Source: Patescibacteria group bacterium
Lineage (GTDB): Bacteria > Patescibacteriota > JAHJAL01
NCBI GenBank assembly: GCA_049322675.1
Contig: JBMORM010000025.1
Location: 128,520 to 192,519 of the forward strand
Length of the DNA stretch: 64,000 nucleotides
Direction: 5' to 3'
Position 1 is the stretch's first letter. Each line of letters starts with the position of its first letter. A program made the translations under genes and the position numbers. Positions 48,941 to 59,241 of the stretch are shown piece after piece. Under the pieces are notes generated by a model, which did not search any database, was not told the DNA's origin, and saw only the letters and a list, made by a program, of their open reading frames with translations.

Positions 48941-49198
48941 TTATTGGCTGGCAGATTGTAGATTATTGCTTAATAATAATTGTCGTTGAAGAGTTTGGAG
49001 TGATTCGTCGATAGATTGTATTTGTCTAAAAATGTTAGTGGTGGAAGTTTGCCCAAGTTGATTGAGTTGTATTTTGATCTGGTTTAATTTTTGATAGATT
49101 TCTTTGGTGGTGATGTGGTTATCGATTAGGTATTGTTCGATAAAGGCAATCCAAAGTTTATAGTCGATAACTAGATTCCAAATTTGTTTTTTACTCAT
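48941..49198 (-). CDS. Small hypothetical protein (85 aa) downstream of the LytTR regulator
   Basis: ORF only. Confidence 0.3.
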   Translation of the reverse strand: MSKKQIWNLVIDYKLWIAFIEQYLIDNHITTKEIYQKLNQIKIQLNQLGQTSTTNIFRQIQSIDESLQTLQRQLLLSNNLQSASQ

Positions 49199-49306
49199 AA
49201 AAACCTCCTTGATGAAATTAACTTACAACCAGATTATAATCATAAAAAAACTCGTTTCGAACCATAATCGAACGAGCGGTTAATAAAATGGAATAAGCGG
49301 GAAAAA

Positions 49307-50065
49307 TTACCAATTTAACTTGTCTTTGACGAAGTGACTGTAGCGACGGGAAACTGGTATGGTAATTTGATTAGTTAGCTCAAGTTGGTAGTTTGATTTT
49401 TGCCAGAGATACATGCGTGAAATATAGTCCAGATTGACTATAAATGATTTGTGGGTACGTAAAAAATTATCTGGTAGGTTTTTTTCTAAATCTTGGAGAT
49501 TGTAGTTGACTCTTTTACTGTCTTTTTGATGGTTATTGGCGAACACTAGTGGTCCTTCGGCGGCAAAATGAGTTAGATCTTTGAGTTGGAATATGTACCG
49601 ATCATTTGGGTTGGTACCGAAGGCAGTTATTTTTCCGCCAATAAATAAGTTGGTCGAATCGATTTTGGCTGGTAGTAAAAGTTGGGTTTTCTTTTTTTCG
49701 ATTTGATTTTTGATTTTGTTGATAGTAACTTGAAGGCGTTTGGGATCTGTGGGTTTTAATAGGTAGTCTATTGCGTTTAACTCGAAAGCTTTGACGGCAT
49801 ATTCGTCGTAGGCTGTAACGAAGACGATAATTATTGTGGGGAAATCTCGAATAATTTTTTGTGCAAGATCAATGCCGGAAATAAAGGGCATGTTGATGTC
49901 CAAAAAGACTAGAGAGATACTTTTTTCTTTAATTAGATTTAAGGCCTTTTCCGGATTATTCATGGTAAAGATTTTTTGCGTTGGGAAATATTCACTTAGT
50001 TGATATTTTAATTCATTGGTGGCTGGTTGTTCGTCATCAATGATTAATGTATTGATGTTTAACAT
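49307..50065 (-). CDS. LytTR-family response regulator
   Basis: REC domain (LIIDDE...VFLDINMP) plus a C-terminal LytTR DNA-binding domain. Confidence 0.75.
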   Translation of the reverse strand: MLNINTLIIDDEQPATNELKYQLSEYFPTQKIFTMNNPEKALNLIKEKSISLVFLDINMPFISGIDLAQKIIRDFPTIIIVFVTAYDEYAVKAFELNAIDYLLKPTDPKRLQVTINKIKNQIEKKKTQLLLPAKIDSTNLFIGGKITAFGTNPNDRYIFQLKDLTHFAAEGPLVFANNHQKDSKRVNYNLQDLEKNLPDNFLRTHKSFIVNLDYISRMYLWQKSNYQLELTNQITIPVSRRYSHFVKDKLNW

Positions 50066-50076
50066 GTTTGTATGTT

Positions 50077-51288
50077 TTAAAGTGGAATTTTGATAGTTAC
50101 GATTGACCCTTGTTTGGATGAGTTTATCTCCAGGAGGTTATTTTGTTGGTAAAAGTAGTAAAGTCTTCTGATGGTTCCGGCTAGACCCAGATGTTTTGAT
50201 TGACTAATTTTATTCAAAGTTTCTTTGTCTATGCCTTGACCATTGTCTTGAGTGATTAGGTATAAGAAATTTTGGTCTTTTTTGACAGATAGTTTTATTT
50301 GAACTGATTGCTGTCGTTTAATGTTGTGAGAAATAGCATTTTCGACAATTGGTTCCCATATGAGATTTGGTACGGTATGTCGATTATAGATGTCGGGTAT
50401 GTTTTTTATGATTTGCAGACGTTCACCAAATCTGGCGGTGGCAATAGCCAAATAGCTATCAATATTTTTTAATTCGTCAACAAGTGGCACTAACTCGCCT
50501 TGACGACGCAAACTACTGCGTAACAATGAAGATAATTCGATAATCAGGGTATGGGCTTTTTCCGGTTCGGTACGGGTGAGTGAGCCAATGGTATTGAGGG
50601 AATTGAAAAGAAAATGAGGATTGATTTGTGATTCCAGATTTTTGAGGCGAGTTTGGTTTTGCAAGTATAGAGTTTGCTCTCTTTTTTGGTAATCAATGAT
50701 GGAAAAGATGATATAAAGAAAGATTAAAACGCTGGCAACTTGTATTAAGATGACGATCAAGACGGAAGCGAAGTCTTCCCAAAATGTTTGATAGAGAAAA
50801 CCTTCAAGTAAAAAATAGATTATTCCGATTTGAAAACATGAGAAGACAAATTGCAGGCCGGCGGCGACGATCATTTTGTCTCGATGGTTTTGACGGACGT
50901 GGCTGAGTATGCCACTGATTATACCGGCACAAACGGTGAGTATGGCATATGGCCATGATAACGGGAAAAGGACATTGAGCATAATAGCCGCCACTCCTGA
51001 TACAACTAGGCTGACTCTTAGACCAGATAGGATGCCGGAAACGATGATTATCGGCAGGGCCAAGTCGAAAATCAGAAGTCTTTTTTCTCCATAATTGAAA
51101 AGTAGAGTTGCGATGTAAATCAAAAAATATGTAAGAGTAAGTAAGATTTTTTCAAATGGTTTGGGCTGAATGATGTTGAAGTTATTTTTGATGATTAAGT
51201 GACTGATTATAAAAGCAATAATAAGGACAATGGCTGTTCGGCCAGTAATATCCATAATCTGATTCCAGAAATATATATTGGTAGTCAT
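50077..51288 (-). CDS. LytS/YehU-type sensor histidine kinase
   Basis: Multi-TM N-terminus; His_kinase block NPHFLFNSLNTIGSL; HATPase_c (DNGQGI). Confidence 0.75.
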   Translation of the reverse strand: MTTNIYFWNQIMDITGRTAIVLIIAFIISHLIIKNNFNIIQPKPFEKILLTLTYFLIYIATLLFNYGEKRLLIFDLALPIIIVSGILSGLRVSLVVSGVAAIMLNVLFPLSWPYAILTVCAGIISGILSHVRQNHRDKMIVAAGLQFVFSCFQIGIIYFLLEGFLYQTFWEDFASVLIVILIQVASVLIFLYIIFSIIDYQKREQTLYLQNQTRLKNLESQINPHFLFNSLNTIGSLTRTEPEKAHTLIIELSSLLRSSLRRQGELVPLVDELKNIDSYLAIATARFGERLQIIKNIPDIYNRHTVPNLIWEPIVENAISHNIKRQQSVQIKLSVKKDQNFLYLITQDNGQGIDKETLNKISQSKHLGLAGTIRRLYYFYQQNNLLEINSSKQGSIVTIKIPL

Positions 51289-51704
51289 GAGATTGAATAG
51301 AACTCAAAAAGATAATATTAGAACTATTATAATTATATAATTCTTTTTGATTTTAAGAGAGATTAAAAAAATAATGATTGACCAATTATTAACATGTATG
51401 CTAATTTGTAAATGGTCTATAAAATTAACACTTATGCTAAATAATAATACAAATGTAATCGAAGAGAAAGTTGGAGTGGTAATTTCTTTTGTTGAAAAAA
51501 TGACTCCCCTACTCTTGATTTGGCGTCGAAGAAGAATTGCGATTAAGAAATTAAATCTTCTTGTAAAAAAGAAAATTGGTAAAAATGTTTCGTATTATTT
51601 TTTTGTGAGTGATGCGGACAACAATGGTTATAAATTATGTTTTAATCTTTCAAAAATGGAATGGATTTTGGATGAGATTACTTTTTAAAGAACAGGAGAA
51701 AAAA

Positions 51705-52955
51705 ATGAAGGCTATCAAAAATGATTTATTTTCTTTGCCAAAAAAGAACGTTATCGTGATGCATGTTGATATGAATAGTTATTTTGCCAGTTGCGAACAA
51801 CAGGCTAATCCGGCTTGGCGGGGCAAGCCGTTGGGAGTTTGTTCCTATCTTCATCCTAAAGGGACGTTGATTGCAGCTTCGATTGAAGCTAAAAAGATGG
51901 GGATAAAAGCCGGAATAAAGGTGTGGGAAGCTAGATTAAAATGTCCTTCAATTGTTTTGGTGAGGGATGAACCGGCAAAATATCGGGTTGTTACCCGAAG
52001 GTTTAGGAGGATATTCGAAAGTTACAGCAATAGTGTTTCCAATTATAGTATTGATGAATCTTTTTTGAAGTTTTCTGATTTTGATATAGATTTTTCTGAG
52101 AACAAAAGAGATATTATAAAAAAAGCTCAGGAAATAAAAACAAGAATTGGAGGAGAGGTTGGAGAATGGTTAAAGTGTTCGATTGGCATATCCTCGACTA
52201 TGTTTTTTGCTAAAATTGCTTCTGATTATCAAAAACCTGATGGTTTGACTGTAATTGATAAAAACAATGTTGATTTGATTTTGAGTAATTTAGAATTGTT
52301 GGACATATGGGGTATTTCTTGGGGGTTAAAAAGACGGTTAAATAGTTTGGGAATTTTCAGTCCGTTGGATATAAAATACGCAAAACCGTCTTTTTTGTTT
52401 AAAAAGATGGGCAAGATTGGTTATTTTTTGTGGTCAAGATTAAATGGTTTGGAAATAGACAATTTGACAACGAGAGAGAAAAAAGGAGAAAAATCTATAG
52501 GTCATTCTTATACTTTAATAAAAAAAACCGAAGATAAAAAAACCTTATCTTTACTTTTATTAAAATTATGCGAGAAAGTCGGTAGAAGATTAAGAAAAAG
52601 TCAAAAGGTGGCCAAAGTTTGTTGGTTGGCTTGGACTTATGTTTATGGTGGTGGTTTTGGGCGTCAGGAAAAGATGATAAAAGCGACGGATGATAGTTGG
52701 GAAATTTTTCAAGTTATATATAAGAACGTTAAAAATAAGTTGTTGGCGGGAAAAATTAGTAAGATTTTTATTAGTGTTTCTGGTTTGGAAGACAAAAAAA
52801 TACAATTATCATTGCTTTCTGATGAATTAAAAAAGGGTCGACTGGTAAGGTCGATGGATATAATAAATGATAGGTATGGTGATTTTACCTTGGTTAGAGG
52901 AGGTTTGGGGAAATGGAGCGAGGAGATTTCGGATAGAGTGGCATTTGGTAAGTAG
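51705..52955 (+). CDS. dinB: Y-family DNA polymerase IV
   Basis: HVDMNSYFASCEQ (catalytic Asp/Glu context), and SIGIS...AKIASD thumb/little-finger blocks. SD AGGAGA before ATG 51705. Confidence 0.8.
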   Translation: MKAIKNDLFSLPKKNVIVMHVDMNSYFASCEQQANPAWRGKPLGVCSYLHPKGTLIAASIEAKKMGIKAGIKVWEARLKCPSIVLVRDEPAKYRVVTRRFRRIFESYSNSVSNYSIDESFLKFSDFDIDFSENKRDIIKKAQEIKTRIGGEVGEWLKCSIGISSTMFFAKIASDYQKPDGLTVIDKNNVDLILSNLELLDIWGISWGLKRRLNSLGIFSPLDIKYAKPSFLFKKMGKIGYFLWSRLNGLEIDNLTTREKKGEKSIGHSYTLIKKTEDKKTLSLLLLKLCEKVGRRLRKSQKVAKVCWLAWTYVYGGGFGRQEKMIKATDDSWEIFQVIYKNVKNKLLAGKISKIFISVSGLEDKKIQLSLLSDELKKGRLVRSMDIINDRYGDFTLVRGGLGKWSEEISDRVAFGK

Positions 52956-53081
52956 ACGAGTTACTTTGTTTTAAATGGTTGTTATATGATTGTAAATAGG
53001 GATGATACTGTTGAAAGAATCATGATCATTGTGATAGCGATGATGACGATCTTTTGAATTTTTTTGTTCATGTTTTTTGTT

Positions 53082-53564
53082 TTAGTTTAACCAATTTAAT
53101 TTGTCTTGGATGGTGAACTTATATTGAGAAGAAAATTCGGAAATTTTGTGGAATATATTTTTTAATTGTTCCGGGGTGATTCCATATCGATTATTAATGA
53201 CAATTGTTTCATTATTAGATTTTATGTATATAGTGTAGATCCAATATTTTCCCCACTCATAGCCAGGTTCTTCAAATTTAAAATTACCAATCTTTTTGAC
53301 TTGATTCCATAAAATCAATTTTTCTTTATTTGTTTGATATTTAATATAATAATGATTTATTTTGATGCATTTTCTTTGAATTAGTGGATATATGCTTCTA
53401 ATGATAATAAATTCGGAAATAAGAAAATATGGTAGGAGAATTACTGGTCCAGCTTTATAAATGCAGGCGCATACAAGAATGTTGATTATTGTACCTATTA
53501 ATAAACCGTTAATTCCTAATTTTAATGACCTTGCTTCAAAGGAATAATTTTGCTTGGAATTCAT
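53082..53564 (-). CDS. Hypothetical membrane protein (160 aa)
   Basis: Two TM helices; no motifs recognised. Confidence 0.35.
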   Translation of the reverse strand: MNSKQNYSFEARSLKLGINGLLIGTIINILVCACIYKAGPVILLPYFLISEFIIIRSIYPLIQRKCIKINHYYIKYQTNKEKLILWNQVKKIGNFKFEEPGYEWGKYWIYTIYIKSNNETIVINNRYGITPEQLKNIFHKISEFSSQYKFTIQDKLNWLN

Positions 53565-54166
53565 TTTTTAGTATTTTGTATTTTTTCTTTATCAATTAAT
53601 TTGATTACTTTTTTTACTAATGTGGCAGGATTGGTGTCGTAGGCTATTTTGCCGGGACCGCGATAGCCTCTTTCTATGATGCCTCTAAATTCGTCAATCA
53701 AACCGCCGGTTCCTTCCATGATGCCGATTGGCTTTTTATCCTCAAAGGCAATGGAGAATTCATTGAGAGTACCGATGCGACCACAAACATTGATGATTGC
53801 ATCCGCCATGCGTGTTAAAAGTAAATTGCGTCCCGAGTAGCCAAAACCGGTGTACATGATAAGGTCGTAGTATCTGGTAGGTAAATGATAGCGGCGGACG
53901 TGATCTTTTTCGGAGGAGGCAGGCGAAATACCAATACTGATGCCTCCGGCTTTTTTGCAGCCTTCGGCGGCATAATTGGGCATGCCGGTGGTGGCGCCAG
54001 TAATTAGGAAGGCATTGTTTAATGCTATTTGACGGCCAAGCTCTCGTACTTTTTCTTTGGCGTCGATAGCACAGATTTCGGCAAGAGCGGAACCGGAAAC
54101 GCATATCGAGTATTTGAGATGGGTTTTGTCGTATGGATTGGAACAGTTGATAGACTTTTTTTTCAT
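53561..54166 (-). CDS. LOG/TIGR00730-family Rossmann-fold protein
   Basis: GATTGMPNYAAEGCKKAGGISIGISP and CGRIGTLNEFSIAFE match the LOG-family signature blocks (GGxxGxM...GGxxIGI; GGxGTxEE). The start is set at the ATG (~54166) that avoids overlap with pfkB. Confidence 0.55.
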   Translation of the reverse strand: MKKKSINCSNPYDKTHLKYSICVSGSALAEICAIDAKEKVRELGRQIALNNAFLITGATTGMPNYAAEGCKKAGGISIGISPASSEKDHVRRYHLPTRYYDLIMYTGFGYSGRNLLLTRMADAIINVCGRIGTLNEFSIAFEDKKPIGIMEGTGGLIDEFRGIIERGYRGPGKIAYDTNPATLVKKVIKLIDKEKIQNTKK

Positions 54167-54204
54167 TTTTTTATTTTTAGCTTTGATAAATTTTGATATG
54201 AATT

Positions 54205-55179
54205 TTAAATTTTGTTGATTTTTGGAGAATATTTGGAGATTTTTTTGATCATTTCTTTTTTTGTCAGAAGTCCGATTTGCGGACCTATGTGTTGAATTAC
54301 GGAATCGGAATTGATAGTCCCCCATTTGAGAGCGTTGTGGCAGTCGAAACCATTTAGAACGGCTGATATATAACCGGTAGAAAAAGCATCGCCGGCGCCG
54401 GTGCGTTCGACAACTTTCGAGCCAAGAGTGTTGATATGCAAAAATTCTCGGCCGTCATAAGAATAGGCACCATATTCACCATTGGTAATAACAATATTAT
54501 TGCTTCCAAGTTTGAAAAATGATTTTAGATAGTATTTTATATCTTTACTTTCAGTGTTGTTTAATATCATTCTAGCTTCGTCTTTGTTGATAATCATGAC
54601 ATTTGATTGTTTGATAACATTTTTAATTTTTGTTAGACCGTCTCTTACTTGAAGAGTGCCTGGATTGAAACCAAGTTTAACATTATTTTTTTTGCAGTAA
54701 TCAACAGTTTTTTTGTAGAGGGTTTCATAATTTTTGCCGACTGATGTTAGGTAAATCCATTTCGGTTTTTGTTTAATTGTTGGAAACGAATACTGGCGAA
54801 TTTCGTGGTGAGAAAAGATAGTTCTTTCTCCCTTGTAATTAATTATTGCAGAATAATTGGTCGGAGATTTCTTATCGTGAGTCAAATAACGGAGATCAAC
54901 TTTTTCTTTTTTGAAATTTGCAATTATGGCATGATGAGATCCTTCATTGCCAACTATTGTATTTATGGTGCTTTTGAGGCCAAGACGGGCGGCGCCGATG
55001 GCTAGATTGGCAGCATTGCCGGTGCCGGCGATTTGGATTACTTCTTTGACAGGGATCTTGTCTCCATAATTGAAACAGATTTCACAGATTTGTTTTTTTA
55101 GGTTACATTGAATATTTCCTTCCTCAACATTGAGAAAGACGTCTATCGTGCAGTCGCCAATTGATAAGATATCCAACAT
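54205..55179 (-). CDS. PfkB-family carbohydrate/nucleoside kinase
   Basis: N-terminal LSIGDCTIDVF and C-terminal GAGDAF PfkB signatures. Confidence 0.75.
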   Translation of the reverse strand: MLDILSIGDCTIDVFLNVEEGNIQCNLKKQICEICFNYGDKIPVKEVIQIAGTGNAANLAIGAARLGLKSTINTIVGNEGSHHAIIANFKKEKVDLRYLTHDKKSPTNYSAIINYKGERTIFSHHEIRQYSFPTIKQKPKWIYLTSVGKNYETLYKKTVDYCKKNNVKLGFNPGTLQVRDGLTKIKNVIKQSNVMIINKDEARMILNNTESKDIKYYLKSFFKLGSNNIVITNGEYGAYSYDGREFLHINTLGSKVVERTGAGDAFSTGYISAVLNGFDCHNALKWGTINSDSVIQHIGPQIGLLTKKEMIKKISKYSPKINKI

Positions 55180-55224
55180 ATTGTAATTAATAATTAATAA
55201 TGAAAAATGAATAATATAAAAGAA

Positions 55225-56202
55225 TCAGTTTTGTTTTAGGAAGGAAGTAATTGCAGAGGTAATTGTTTTTACGTCGAGACCATATTTACTAATAAGCTCG
55301 TTGGGTTGACCGGATTCACCAAAGGTATCTGGCATTCCGATTCTTATGATAGGAACGGGATATTTTTCTGATAATAATTCGCAAACTGCCCCGCCTAAGC
55401 CACCGGTGATTTGGTGTTCTTCCAAGGTGATGACTTTTTTGGTTTTTTGTACAGATTTTAAAATAGTTTTTTTGTCCAAAGGTTTGATAGTGTGCGAATT
55501 TATAACCTCAACGGAAATGCCTTGTTTTTCCAATTCATATGCTGCCAGGAGGCCATTGATTAGAATAGGGCCACAACCAATAAGAGAGATGTCTTTGCCT
55601 GTTTTTAAAATATTGGCTTTGCCAATTTGAAAAATTGATTTTTGAGTGGTAATAATGGGGGTTTTTTCGCGAGCAAAACGGAAATAGACGGGGCCGGAAT
55701 ATTTAGCGGCGGCAATGGTGGCTTTGTAAGTTTCGTGATAGTCAAGTGGAGCGATAACAACCAGATTTGGTAGGACGCGAGTAATAGCGATGTCTTCAAG
55801 AGCTTGGTGAGTAGCGCCATCTGGACCGACAGAAACGCCGGTGTGGGCACCTACAATTTTAACATTGGTGTTGTTGTAACAGACGTTGGTACGCAACTGG
55901 TCCCAGTTGCGTCCGGGATTAAAAACGGCGTAACTAGATACAAATGGAATAAACCCTTCATGGGCCAGTCCGGCAGCGACACTCATCATGTTTTGTTCAG
56001 CCACACCGCATTGGATAAAACGATCAGGAAATAATTTGGCAAATTTATCAACTCGAGTTGATTCGGTTAAATCAGCAGTTAATACAACTACTTTGGGGTT
56101 GGTTTTGCCCAATTCAACCAAAGCGTCGCCATAGCCGTTGCGAGTGGGAAGTATTTCAGATGATTTTACTGTAAGTATATTTTTTAGTTTTTTTTCTAGC
56201 AT
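55225..56202 (-). CDS. Transketolase, C-terminal (pyrimidine-binding) subunit
   Basis: Pyr and C-terminal domains (NGYGDALVELG...; GVAEQNM; GPDGATHQALEDIA). Confidence 0.85.
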   Translation of the reverse strand: MLEKKLKNILTVKSSEILPTRNGYGDALVELGKTNPKVVVLTADLTESTRVDKFAKLFPDRFIQCGVAEQNMMSVAAGLAHEGFIPFVSSYAVFNPGRNWDQLRTNVCYNNTNVKIVGAHTGVSVGPDGATHQALEDIAITRVLPNLVVIAPLDYHETYKATIAAAKYSGPVYFRFAREKTPIITTQKSIFQIGKANILKTGKDISLIGCGPILINGLLAAYELEKQGISVEVINSHTIKPLDKKTILKSVQKTKKVITLEEHQITGGLGGAVCELLSEKYPVPIIRIGMPDTFGESGQPNELISKYGLDVKTITSAITSFLKQN

Positions 56203-56223
56203 TTTCTTGAAAATTTAGTGAAA

Positions 56224-56289
56224 AATGAATAATGAATAGTGAAGAATGAATAATATTTTTGATTATTATTCACTATTCATTATTCATTT
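56224..56289. repeat. ~66-bp AT-rich palindrome of the AATGAATAAT family between the two transketolase subunit genes
   Basis: aatgaataatgaatagtgaagaatgaataata-ttttt-gattattattcactattcattattcatt; it overlaps the stop of the N-terminal subunit gene. Confidence 0.7.
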
Positions 56290-57094
56290 TTAATTGTTCC
56301 AAGGCTTTTTTTGCTTCTTCTTGACTTGGTGGTATGCCGTGCCATTTGGGATCATTTTTCATGAAATCAACTCCTTTGCCGGGTATTGTATGGGTTAAAA
56401 TTAAAGTAGGTTTTTCGAAAATGGCTTTGGCTTCGTTGCAGGCATCTATGATTTCTTCGATATTGTGTCCGTTGATTTCGATAACGTGCCAGTTGAAAGC
56501 CTCGTATTTTTCTCGTAAAGGTTCAAGAGGCATGACATCTTCGGTATGACCGTCGATTTGGATGTTGTTGCGGTCAATGATTTGCGTCAAGTTATTTAAT
56601 TTGTATTTGCCGGCAAACATGATGGCTTCCCAGGTTTGACCTTCATTGTGTTCACCATCGGAAGTAAGGCAATAAATACGATGTTTTTGATTATTTAGTC
56701 TGGCCGCCAAAGCCATACCGCAAGCTTGGGAGAGTCCTTGACCCAATGGACCGCTGGTGGTCTCCAAGCCCGGTAAAGACTTACGGTGAGGGTGTCCTTG
56801 CAGTCTGGTGCCCAATTGCCGAAGAGTTTGCAATTCAGATATTGGGAAATAGCCGGCATGAGCCATGGTGGCATAAAGAACGGGGCAAATATGGCCATTG
56901 GATAATACTAGTCGATCTCTTTGTTCCCAGTTTGGTTTTTTGGGGTTGTGTTTTAAGATATTAAAATATAAAGTTGCAAAGATGTCAGCCATACCAAGTG
57001 AGCCGGCAGTGTGTCCTGATCCGGCTTTGACAAGAATTTTAATAATATCTTGTCTGATATTATTGGCCCTCTTTGCAATGTCTTTTTTTTCCAT
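56273..57094 (-). CDS. Transketolase, N-terminal (TPP-binding) subunit
   Basis: GSGHTAGSLGMADI; GHPHR...; SDGEHNEG TPP-binding blocks. Confidence 0.85.
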   Translation of the reverse strand: MEKKDIAKRANNIRQDIIKILVKAGSGHTAGSLGMADIFATLYFNILKHNPKKPNWEQRDRLVLSNGHICPVLYATMAHAGYFPISELQTLRQLGTRLQGHPHRKSLPGLETTSGPLGQGLSQACGMALAARLNNQKHRIYCLTSDGEHNEGQTWEAIMFAGKYKLNNLTQIIDRNNIQIDGHTEDVMPLEPLREKYEAFNWHVIEINGHNIEEIIDACNEAKAIFEKPTLILTHTIPGKGVDFMKNDPKWHGIPPSQEEAKKALEQLKMNNE

Positions 57095-57101
57095 TTAAAG
57101 T

Positions 57102-57767
57102 TTATTTTTGGTCGAAATGATTTATGAAATCTTCCAGTTCTTCTATTTTTTTGATTGGATTGTTTGATACAAATATTTCGCTGCCGCAGACGATTTCGTT
57201 GGCTCCGGCTAAAAGTGCTTGTTCGATGGTGTTTTTTGGTTTGAGATGCATACCGCCGTCGATTTGAATATTTAGATTGGGATAGCGGTTGCGTAAAGTT
57301 TTAATTTTTGAAAGGACTTTTGATTGAAATTTTTGATGTCCGCGCCCAGGATCAACACTCATGATAGTTACCCCGTCAATATTACCCATTTTTTCATCAA
57401 GTTTGTTTAATGGAGTATCCGGATTGATGGCTAAATATAGTTTAATAAAATTTTCTTGGTAGATTTGAAGAATTTTTTGCCAGTCCATTTTGGCTTCAAC
57501 GTGTAAAATTATTTTTTCGGCGCCAGCCATTATCCAATCGTTAATGGTTTTTTCTGGGTTTTCAATCATAAGATGGGCTTCGACTGATGGTTGGGGGTTT
57601 AGCTTGTAAAGGTCTTGAGAAGTAAATTGGGTTTTGGGACGAGCAAATTTTCCATCGGTAAAATCGATTTGAATTGATTCGACAAAATCTTCGATTTGGT
57701 CGATTTTGGCAATCAATTGTTTCTTATTGTTTGCCAAGATAGCAGGTATTAGGCTTTTTTTAAGCAT
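57102..57767 (-). CDS. rpe: Ribulose-phosphate 3-epimerase
   Basis: Aligns by block with Rpe: IPAIL, IDFTDGKFARP, AHLMI, IMSVDPGRGHQ, IQIDGGM, AGANEIVCGSEIF. Confidence 0.65.
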   Translation of the reverse strand: MLKKSLIPAILANNKKQLIAKIDQIEDFVESIQIDFTDGKFARPKTQFTSQDLYKLNPQPSVEAHLMIENPEKTINDWIMAGAEKIILHVEAKMDWQKILQIYQENFIKLYLAINPDTPLNKLDEKMGNIDGVTIMSVDPGRGHQKFQSKVLSKIKTLRNRYPNLNIQIDGGMHLKPKNTIEQALLAGANEIVCGSEIFVSNNPIKKIEELEDFINHFDQK

Positions 57768-58225
57768 TTTTCAATTTTCTCGATTTGTTTTAAGCGACGA
57801 CTATTTTTAATTTTTCCGGAGAATGGAGTAGTTAAAAATTTATTCAAGATAAGCTTGGCTTCTTTTTTGGTGACAAAATCGGCCGGGATAACAAGAATAT
57901 GTGGATTGTCATCGTTTTTTACTTCTTTGGCGATTTCTTTGTTCCAACATACGGCGGCACGAAGACATTTGATTTTATTGGCTACGATATTCATACCAGC
58001 CCCGGAGCCACAAATCAAGACTCCAACATTGTTTTGACGATTTTTTTTAACCGCTAAACATACTTTTTGACCGAATATTGGGTAATTATCTTTGGCCTCG
58101 TAATGGTTGTTTCCATGGTCAATGATATTATAACCCTTTTTTTGCAGGTATTTTTTTAGTTCAAATTTCAAACAATAACCTCGATGATCGGCGCCGATAT
58201 GGATGGTGGGCTTTTTAATTGGCAT
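57749..58225 (-). CDS. rpiB: Ribose-5-phosphate isomerase B
   Basis: IGADHRG...; GVLICGSGAGMNIVANK; catalytic Cys context. Confidence 0.8.
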   Translation of the reverse strand: MPIKKPTIHIGADHRGYCLKFELKKYLQKKGYNIIDHGNNHYEAKDNYPIFGQKVCLAVKKNRQNNVGVLICGSGAGMNIVANKIKCLRAAVCWNKEIAKEVKNDDNPHILVIPADFVTKKEAKLILNKFLTTPFSGKIKNSRRLKQIEKIEKCLKKA

Positions 58226-58853
58226 TGTTGATGATATTATTTTTAGAAAATGAATACTTATTTTTTTCCTGATAAAGAGAATTATAGGCTACGAGTAGTT
58301 GAGAAAATTCTTTTATATACTCTTGATATTTTTTTTGATCTTTTTTTCTTTCTTCTTCATTATCGGCAATATTGAAATTGATTATTTGTTTAATAAAGAT
58401 TATTTCGGAATATTTGTGTGAGAGTAAATGAGAAAAGGTTTTTTTGTCGAATGCCAAATCAAATAATCTTTCTTTATAGATTGGGTCTTTGAGAAAGTTT
58501 TCTGGTATATCTACTTGAGAAATGTTATTAGTTTTATTTTGATTTTCCGAGTGTAATACTTGGAAAAGATATGATTTTGCTTTTAAAATATCTTCGTCTG
58601 TCGTTATTTTTTTTATTTCCGAGGCGATATTGTTTTCATTGTTATATGGATCGATAGCTGGATCGTTGGATTGAAGTATAGTGTTAATATTTTTTAATAT
58701 GTGAGATATCGTTCCGAATGTTGATTTTTGAAAATCTTCAAAATAATTTGATTTGAGAAAATCCAATGATACTTGTTTTATATTTGATTTTTTTTCGATC
58801 TCTTCGATCTCATTTTCTTTTAAAGAAAATGATGAGAATGTTTCTTTAAACAT
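58215..58853 (-). CDS. Hypothetical protein, 212 aa
   Basis: ORF only; it overlaps the rpiB start by 11 nt. Confidence 0.35.
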   Translation of the reverse strand: MFKETFSSFSLKENEIEEIEKKSNIKQVSLDFLKSNYFEDFQKSTFGTISHILKNINTILQSNDPAIDPYNNENNIASEIKKITTDEDILKAKSYLFQVLHSENQNKTNNISQVDIPENFLKDPIYKERLFDLAFDKKTFSHLLSHKYSEIIFIKQIINFNIADNEEERKKDQKKYQEYIKEFSQLLVAYNSLYQEKNKYSFSKNNIINNAN

Positions 58854-59241
58854 TTTTTATTTTTTTATTTATTTTATTTATTTATCTTAGTATTATATCA
58901 TTTATTTTATAAAATATCAATAAGTAAAACTTAAGTTATTTTTCTAGGTTCTCTTTTAGTTTATTTATTCTTGCTTCAAGAGATATTTTAACTCCGGTCT
59001 CTTTTTCGATTTGTTTTTGGATATTTTCGAAGAGTATTTTTTTTAACTCAAAAATAATTTTTTTTTCACTAGGCGGCCAAGTTGGTTTTTCTGGATTCAT
59101 AGTAGAAATATAATGATTATGAAATCGACCAGATTGTATCAGGGTTTATTTTTATAATCAATAATTTTTGCACAAGAATATAATCATATTGTTAATTATA
59201 ATATGATTATATTATTGACTAAAATAGTGTAATATTATTTA

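Noticed and set aside
51347-51688. 113-aa ORF upstream of and overlapping dinB, and the track dinB start at 51609
   Set aside because: The DinB homology begins at the ATG at 51705, which has an AGGAGA SD. The upstream extension (MMRTTMVINYVLIFQ...) has no homology and overlaps this doubtful ORF. 51347-51688 has no RBS or recognisable features.
53760-54104. 114-aa Arg/Cys-rich ORF
   Set aside because: It is an out-of-frame ORF on the same strand, internal to the LOG-family gene, with odd composition and no start context. The track extension of the LOG gene to 54325 is also rejected in favour of the ATG at ~54166, which avoids overlap with pfkB.
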